DNA of 64,000 bases from Thermoplasmata archaeon (GTDB taxonomy: Archaea > Thermoplasmatota > DTKX01 > DATEUP01), in the NCBI GenBank assembly GCA_041499475.1, contig JBGQKI010000005.1, positions 17,709 through 81,708 of the forward strand, read 5' to 3'. A program made the position numbers and the translations under genes. The notes beneath the pieces were generated by a model. It searched no databases and was not told the DNA's origin. It was given only the letters and a program-made list of their open reading frames with translations. This document shows, piece by piece, positions 23,416-32,400 of this stretch (positions are counted from its first letter, which is position 1; each line of letters opens with the position of its first letter).

Positions 23416-26400
23416 TTGCGCTTCTCGGCGCCGGCGGCCAAGGGCGCTTGCTGGATGATCACGCGCTCGGTGGGGGCCTTGGAGGCCGTCTCGAGCGCGC
23501 TGCGCGCAACTTCGCCGGCCGCACGCGAACGGCGCAGCGACACCGCAAGGCCGACGGCGCCCACCGCGCCGCCGGCGAGGAGGAGCAGGAGCATCCAGAG
23601 CGGGAAGCCTGGGGGCGCCGCGCGCTCCTTCACCGCCGCATTCACGGTGACGGTTGCGTTCTCGGACTTGGCGTTCGACGGGTCGCGCGCGACGAGGTTG
23701 AAGGTAACCGTGCCCGTTCCGGTGACGTTGAACACGAGCCATGTGTTCACTCCGTCGAACTCCACCTTCCATCCAAGGATCGTGGGCACCTTTGCCCGGA
23801 CCTGCAAGTCGCTGTCGTTCATCACGAAGGTGAGGTTCGTGTCCACGTCGTCGCGGTCGTGCCAGTAGTCGCTCACCTTGACCCGCACGACGTCGCCCTG
23901 GGTAACATCGTTGATCGTCAAGAGCGCGATGTAATTGGGCACCGCATCGGGCGGGTTCCTGAAGCGGACCGTGAATTCCTGCGTCGACGATTGCTTGCCG
24001 TCGTAGGCCGTGATTGTCACGGGCACCAGGCGCTCGAACACCTCAAGGCCTTCGGGTTGCCACGGGGGCATCCACGAGAGCCGGCCTGTGCCGGAGTCGT
24101 ACGAATAGCCGTCCAGGCCCGAAATCACGATGGTGATGTTGTCGCCGTCCTGGTCGTGGACCTTGATATCGTAGAGGTACGGCGTGCGGACGCGTGCGTC
24201 TGTCGGGGGCTCCGAGTCGAAGACGGGTTTGTGGTTGCCCGCAAGGACTGCAGGGTCGACAACATATACGGTGAACTGCCGCAGCACCGTCGTTAGGCCG
24301 TCGCTGATCCCCACCGTCACGGAGTAGTTCCCGGCAGATCCCGCCCCGGGCGTCCACACGATCGACCCGCCGGCGATGGTCATGCCAGGCGGGCCATCCA
24401 CGATCGAGTAGGTGACCGAGGCGTTCTCCGGGTCGGTTGCATTGGGGGTCCAAACCCACGGGTCAGTCGTGGCCACCTCGGCGGGGGGTTGCGTGCCAAT
24501 CGTGGGGGGTTCGTTGACGGTCAGGTGCGAGACAATCTTGTTCCAGTTGCCCGACGCGTCGGTGACATTGAGTTCGACGGTAACCGTCTCGCCGCGCAGC
24601 CCTACATAACTCGACGAGCGAGCGATGTCCGAGCCGGTGCGCGTCGCATTGTGGAATGTCCACACGTAGGTCCAGTTTGCGACGGTGTAGCGTGGGTCGT
24701 TGTCCGTGACATTTGCCGTGAAGAGCGCCGGGATGAGTACATCGACGACGGTGGGTCCAATCAGCGTGACCTCCGGCGGCGTGATGTCCCTTACATTGAC
24801 GACCACGTACCCCACCGCCGAGTTGTTCTGCGGGTCGGTAACCGTGACCGAGATGTTGTAGAGGCCCGGCGTCGTGAAAATCCAGGTGATATTTGGCCCA
24901 AAGCTCGTGAGGTTTGCCGCCGGCGAGCGCCAGGTCCAGTTGAGCGTGCCGTTGCCGTTGTCGATCGAGGTCTGGTTGATGTTGACGGGCGTGTCCTCGT
25001 CGACGTTATAGAAGGTGACCGGCAGCGAGAGCGACGGCGGCGTAATGTCGAAGATCGTGATGTTGAAGATCGTGCGGTTCGCGTTGCCGGCGGGGTCGGT
25101 CACGACGATGTCGATCGCGTACTGGCCCGGGTCCGTGAACGTCCATGTCGTGTTCTGGCCGTACACGCTCGTAAGGACCTGGAGCCGCGAAGCCGGGTCG
25201 AACTGCCAGGTGTAGTTCAGTTCGCTTGCAAGGGCCGTGAAGTCGCTCGCCGACCCGTTGAAGGCGAACGGCGTGTCCTCGTTTCCGCCGTACGCCATCG
25301 GGAAGGTCGAGGGCAGCTGCGGGGCCGTATTGTCGAGCAGGACGAAGCGCGTAACCTCGTTCTGGTTGCCCGCCGCATCGACGGCGCGGAACACGAAGTC
25401 ATAGTCGAGGTTGTCCTCGCCCTCCGTGGTGAACGTGAAGGTGAAGCGGCCCGAGCCGTCGTCGGTCAAAGCGACCGGCACGCCCCGCAGGAAGAGGACC
25501 GCCGTGTACGTCGAGGTCTCCCCACTCACGCGGAACACAATCGGCACGCCGCGCTTGATGTAATGGACGGCGGACAAAAGCGTGAGCGAATCGATCGCCG
25601 GCGGCGTGCTATCGATCGTGATGTTCGTGCGCAGCTGCACGCCGTTTCCCGCGAAGTCCACCGCCTGGATCACGTAATCGTAGAACCCGTCGGCCCAGCC
25701 CGTCGTGTTGAGCGTGAAGTTCGCCACAAACGGCGAGAACGACGGCGTGCCCGCGACCTTCCACTCCGCGCGCTGCAAGTTCGCTTCGGTGATCGTGAAC
25801 GTCCAAGGCTTCCCTGCCTGGACGGTGGACCCGCCCACCGGGTTTACCGTGATCCGGGGCGCCGTCTTGTCGACGCGGAAGACCGAGGTGAGCTGCTGCG
25901 CATTTCCCGCCGCGTCCGTGGCTGTAATCATGAACGTGTGCAGGCCGTCGGTCAGGTTCGTCGAGTTGTAGTCGTAGCCGGCAAAGAGCGTGAGGGGCGC
26001 CCCGTCGAGCGTGACGTTGACGACGCTGAGGTGGGCGTCGGTCACCGCGAAGTCGATCAGCACGCCGCCGGCAAGCCAAGTGTTGTTCGCCGGCGAGAGC
26101 AACTGCACCTGCGGCGGCGTTGAGTCGACCGTGAAGTTGAAGAGCCGCGCAACCGAGTTGCCGGCAAGGTCGGCCGCGAACAGCGTGATGTTGTAGTTGC
26201 GGTCGAAGTAGCCTGTCGTGTTGATCTGGAACGGCGCCCCCATCACGACGTCAGAGGTGCCGTTGTTGTACGATACGTTTCGCAGGTTGGCGTCGCTGAT
26301 CGTCCATAGGAGCAGCGTCCCGGCCCGGACCACCGACCCGTTCGCGGGGGTTACGAGCGTGATGCTCGGGACCGTCGAGTCGATGACCATACTGAAGTTC

Positions 26401-29400
26401 ATCCAGGCCTCGTTGCCCGCCTGGTCCGTCGCGTGAACCGAGATGGTGTAGTTCGCGTCGGGCCAGCCCGCCGTCGAGATGTCGAAGGGCGCAAGCAGCG
26501 CGAAGGGGCCGCTTCCGTTGGCGTAGGTGACCGCGCTGAGGTTCGTGTCCACCACCGTGAGGTCGATGGTCGTCCCGGCCACGACGACCGCGCCCGCCGT
26601 GGGCGAGTTCAAGGTGATCGTCGGGGGCGTCGAGTCGATGACGATCTGAGCCGCAACTGCCTTCGAATTGCCGGCAAGGTCCGTCGCGCGCACGGTCACG
26701 GTGTAGGTCCCGTCGGCCCACGACGTGGTCACGATGTCGTAGGGCGACGCCAGGGTCGCCGGGGTGCCGCCGTTGTCCCACACCACTGTGTTGAGGTTCG
26801 CGTCAGCCACGGCAAAGTCGAGCGTGGCGCCTGCCTTCACCGTCGCCCCGCTCGCCGGCGAGGCGAGGGTAACGGTGGGCGGCGTCGAATCAACGGTGAA
26901 GCCGTACGTCGCCGACTTCAAATTCCCGGCCAAGTCCGTCGCGTTCAGGCGCAGCGTGTAAACGCCGTCGGACCACCCCGTCGTATTGATGTCGAAGGGC
27001 GAGACAAGCAAAGTCGGCGTCCCGCCGGTCGTCCAGTTGACGGCCGCCAGGTTCGCGTCCGCGACCGAGAGGTCGATGGTGGTCCCGGCCGGGATGTACG
27101 CGTTGTTCGCGGGCGAATTCAGCGTGATCGACGGGGGGTTCGAGTCGACGGTGAAGGTGTAGCTTGAAAACCGGCGGTTGCCCGCAAGGTCGGTCGCGTT
27201 CACGCGGAGTGTATAGACGCCGTCAGCCCAACCCGTCGTGCTGATGTCGAAGGGTGAGGCGAGCGCGGTGGGCGCACCCGCCACCGTCCAATTCACCGTG
27301 TTGAGGTTTGTGTCGCTAACGCTCAGGTCGATCGTCGCGCCCGCCACGATGTAGGACCCGTTCGACGGCGAGTTCAACGCAATCGAAGGCGCCGTCGAAT
27401 CGACGGTGAAGGTGAAGCTCGAGAAGCGCAGGTTCCCCGCCGAGTCGGTCGCGTTCACACGCACCGTGTAGACGCCGTCAGCCCACCCGACCGTGCTGAT
27501 GTCGAAGGGCGTCACGAGCGCCGTGGGCGCTCCGCCCGTCGTCCAGTTCACCCCATTCAGGTTGCCGTCGGTGACCGCCAGGTCGATCGTCGTGCCCGCC
27601 GTGATATACGAATTGTTCGCGGGCGAGTTCAGCACAATCACCGGCGGGCCGCCGTCAACCGTGAAGGTGAAGGTCGAAAAACGCAAATTGCCCGCAAGGT
27701 CCGTCGCGTTCACTCGCACGGTGTACACGCCGTCAGCCCACCCCGTCGTGCTGATGTCGAACGGCGAGGCCAGCGCCGTCGGGGCCCCGCCCGTCGTCCA
27801 ATTCACCGTGTTCAAGTTCGTGTCGGCCACGGAGAGGTCGACCGTCGTGCCCGGCGTGATGAACGAGTTGTTCGTAGGCGAGTTCAGCGTCACCGCAGGC
27901 GGCGTCGAGTCGACCGTGAAGGTGTAGCTCGAGAAGCGCAGGTTCCCTGCAAGGTCGGTCGCGTTCACCCGCACGGTGTAAGCGCCGTCCAACCAGCCGG
28001 TCGTGGAAATGTCCCAGGGGGAAGCAAGGGCCGCCGGAGCGCCACCCGCCGTCCAGTTCGCCGCATTGAGGTTCGCGTCGCCAACAGTCAGATCGATGGT
28101 CGTGCCCGCGGGGATGTAGGAGTTGTTCGCGGGCGAATTCAACGTAATTGCCGGCGGGCTGCCGTCCACCGTGAAGGTGAAACTCGAAAACCGCAAATTG
28201 CCCGCCAGGTCCGTCGCGTTCACCCGCACGGTGTACACGCCATCCGCCCACCCCGTCGTGCTGATGTCGAACGGCGAGGCCAGCGCCGTCGGGGCCCCCG
28301 CCGTCGTCCAATTCACGGTGTTCAGGTTTGCGTCGGAGGCCGCGAGGTCGATCGTCGTCCCCGGCGTGATGTACGAATTGTTGGACGGCGAGTTTAGCGT
28401 GATCGTGGGCGCGATGGAATCGATCTTGACAAAGAGGTTACGGGTCGCCGTGTGGCCGAGCACGTCCGTCGCGTTGACCGTGACCGTGTAGTTGCCGTCC
28501 AACCACCCCGCCGTCGAGACATCGAAGGGGGACGCGAGCGCGTTCGTGGCCGAGCCGTTCGTCCAGGTCGCGCCGGACAGGTGCGCGTCGGTGACCGCGA
28601 AGTCGAGCGTCGTCCCAGGCGAGATGAACGTGTTGTTCGCCGGCGAAACGACGACGATCGAGGGCGCGGTGAAGTCGACCTCGAAGTGGAACAGGCGGAC
28701 CGCGACATTGCCCGAAGTGTCGTTCGCGCGGATCGTTACATTGTAGGACCCGTCCGCCCAACCGGAGGTCGAGATGTCGTATGGCGAACTGAACGCGTTT
28801 GCGCCCGACCCGTTGTCCCAGGTGGCGCCCGCGAGGTTTGAGTCCGACACATCGAAGTCGAGTGTCTGGCCCGGCTCGAATACGGAGTTGTTGAGTGGCG
28901 AGTTCAGCGTGATCGTGGGCGCTGTCGCGTCGATCGTGAAAGTGAACACGCGTGTCGTCGAAAGTCCCCCGGTGTCGTTGGCCAACACCGTGATGTTGAA
29001 CGTCGCGCTGCCCCACCCCGCAGTCGAGATGTCCCAGGGAGCGCTAAGCGGGTTTGGGCCCGAGCCGTTGTCCCAATTCACGCTCGACAGGTGCACGTCC
29101 GAGACCGTGAGGTCGATCGTGGTGCCCACTGCGATGAACGAGTTGTTCGCGGGCGAGTTCAGCGTGATCACGGGCGGGGTCGAGTCAAGTTTGAAGAGGA
29201 ACCTGCTCGAGGCGTTGTTGCCTGCCGTGTCCCACGCCGCGATCGTGATGTTGTAGTCGCCCTCCGCCCACCCCGCCGTCGAGATGTCCCATGGCGCCGT
29301 GAGCGGGTTGAACCCCGACCCGTTGTTCCAGGTTACGTTAGCAACCAGGTGCGCGTCGGCCACGGTGAAATTGAGCTGCGTGCCCACCGCGTAGGTCCCG

Positions 29401-32400
29401 CCCACCGTCGGGCCGTCCGCGGTGATCGTGGGGGACGTCGAGTCGATCACAAACAGGAACCACGGCTGTTGCGTGTAGCCGGTCGAGTCGTTGGCCCATA
29501 TCTGGACGAAGAGGTCTCCGTCAGCAAAGCCCCCCGTCGAGATGTCGAACGGGGTCGTGAGGTTCGTCGTCGTGCCGTTGTTGAGCGCGACCTGCACCGT
29601 GTCGAAGTAGAACGAGATGTTGAAGTCGAGCGTCGCCCCGGCACGGAAGACCGTCCCGTTCGCGGGGCCCACAAGCGTCACATACGGGGGCCAAGGCTCG
29701 CTCAGCGGGTAGCTGTCAACGCGCCCGTAGGGGAGGACGAGCGAGGTGTCGTTGATGCCGTCGGGCCCCGCCGTGCTCTGGGACGCGCCCTTGTAGAGGT
29801 CCGTGTGGGTGGTGTTCGACCAGTAGTTGCCCCCCGACGGGTACCCGTTGTGGAAAGCGTTCGAGGTCCCGATGTCGTACATCGAATTGTTGGCCGTGAA
29901 GAAGTTGTTGTGGTAGAAGAGGTTGAAGTCCGCGCTCGAGGAGAGGTAAATCGTCCAGGTCGAATTGGAGATCGTGCCGTCCTGGAACGTGTTGGAATCG
30001 GCGGAAGACAGGTAGTAGGCGTAGTATTGGAAGCGCAAGGTGTTCCCGCGGACCGTGTTCGCGTTCGAAGAGCTAAGCTCGATGGCGACGCTGCTGGAGT
30101 TGGTGATGTTGTTGTTCTCAACGACGCTCGAATACGTGTAGTAGAGTGTGACCGCGGAGTAGTAGCCGCCGTTGTTCATGCGGTTGCCCGAGACGAGGTC
30201 CCGATTGGCCTGGTCGCCGCTGTTGCCGCCCAAGTAGATTCCATAATAGAGTGAGGAGAGGATGGTGTTCCCCACGATCCGCACATCGTCGGTGGCCTCC
30301 GTGTAGATCCCCATGTACCCCTGGGAATCGAACAGGCTGCCCGTGATGTTCACGTACTGAGACCGGTACTCGAGGTAGACGCCGTAGTAGTTCCGGAAGA
30401 ACGTGGAGTTCGTGATGTTCAGCCGTGTGCTGAGGTAGGCGTAGAGGCCATATTGCGTTGCGTTCGAGAGGTACACCCCACTGATGGTCGCCCGCGTGTT
30501 GTTGGAGAGGTAAATGCCGTAGGCCGTTGCGTTTGCTGTAATGTTGACGACGCGATTGTCGGCCCCCCAAGTCAGGGCCGCCCCCATGTGCGAGCCATTC
30601 GAGGCCGAGTCGCGCGCCGTCGAGTTGAACGCCTTCACGAAGAGGGTGTCGTAGTAGTTTTGGCTCATGAGCGTCGTCGAGCCAAGGTCCATCGAGGTGC
30701 AGTTTACGGCGACGATCCAGCCGGCCGGCCCCCGGAACGTCACGCCCGTCGCGTTGACATAGTAGCGCACCGGGCCCCCGTTGATCGTGTTGTCCGACGT
30801 CCATGTGTGCATGAACAGGGTCTCATCGGTCACGGGGTCGGGCGATGAGAAGATGACGGCGTACGGCTGGGAGCCCGTGAGGTTGAAGATTGAATTGTTG
30901 CTGAAGGTCCAGTAGCGCGACTCCTGGAAGTAGACCCCGTAGTGCGTGTGCGTCACGACGTTGTCCGTGACCGTGATGAAGGATGAGTAGCTCCCGTAGA
31001 GCGCGTAGTCGGTGCCGTTGGTGAACATGTTCCTCGCCACGGTGACGCCCGTGGTGCTGTAGAGGTAGACGCCTTCCTGACCGCTGCCATTGATCAGGTT
31101 GTCCGCGATGAGGCCAGCGCCGACGCTATAGAGGTAGACCGAATGGTAGTTCGTGCGGTGCATCGTGTTGTTCGCGATGCGCCCGACGCCCGTGGAAGGG
31201 CCGCCACCCTGGATATACACGTGGTAATAGTAGTCGTCCGAAAAGCTCGCGTGCTCCGCGCGCGTGCCCGCGTACGCATAGCTGTAGATGCCGTAATAGG
31301 CCCCGCCGTACGATCCCCCGTCGACCCCGTTGTCGAACGCGGTTGCCGCGCTCATGTAGACGTCCTCGGTGAACCCCGAGATGTTCGAAGATACCGTGTT
31401 GTTGCGCGCAAACGCGTCGAACTGGACGCCGGCGTCCGAATAGGGCGTGTCGGGGGTAAAGTTGCCCCCCTGGACCCGGTTCCAGTCGGAATAGGCGAAG
31501 GAGGCGCCGCCCGCGCTGTTCTTCCAGACCGTGAGGTCGGCGAAGGTGTTGTTGTTGCTCAAGTAGCTCACCAAACCCCATTCGTTTTGGCTGAGGTTGG
31601 TGCTTGAGAAGGTGGACCAGTTGGTTGCAAGGAGGAAAATCCCGCCCTGTCCGCGCGAGATGGGGTTCGTGGCCGTAATGTTGAGGCCGCTCGAGTTCGT
31701 CGCGATGATGAGCCCCGCGCTGCCGGTGAACGAGACCCCCGTGGCGTTCACGAAGAACCGGATCGGGTAGCCGTTGGCCGTGTTCGATGTGTCCACATCG
31801 TGCATCCCGTAGCCGATGTCGGTTATGGGCACCGAGAAGACGAGCCGGATCGGGGCCGTCTGGTTCGTGATGTTGTTGCCGCGCAGCGTCCAGAACTTGG
31901 AGTTCTCGATGCGGATGCCCGCGCTCGCGCCCCCCGCATTGGCGATCGTGTTGTCGATAAGGACTCGGTAGTCGGAGAAGTAGCCCTCGATGCCGCCGGA
32001 AACCATCCCGTAGATCCGGTTCCGTGCAACGACCCCGCCTTGGCCGTTGTAGAGATAGATGCCGTAGTCCGCGCCGCTAAGGACATTGTCCTCGATGAGG
32101 CCGCGCCCGCAGAAGTAGCAGTAGATGTCGTAGTAGTAGGCCTGCCCCATCGTGTTGTTCGAGATGCGGTAGTCTTGCGTTTGCGGCGAGCTCGTGTAGC
32201 CAAGGTAGACCTGGTAGTAGTAGCTGAAATTCATCGTGTTGCCCATGACCCAAGGTCCAAAGAATTGGTAAGAGTATACCTCGTAGTAGCTGTCGTTCAG
32301 CGTTGAATTGAGGACCCGCAGGTTGGCGGTGCCATATTGAGCCTGGATGCACGTGCTGAACTGCATGCAGTCCCCGGATTCGAAGGTGAGGTTGTTTGAT

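Noticed and set aside
25322-29690. Regular ~255-bp periodic repeats, here and at 38467-45398, that might be mistaken for a CRISPR array or satellite.
   Set aside because: The period is far too long and there is no repeat/spacer alternation. The repeats lie in one continuous open reading frame encoding 85-aa Ig-like domains, and no cas genes are present.
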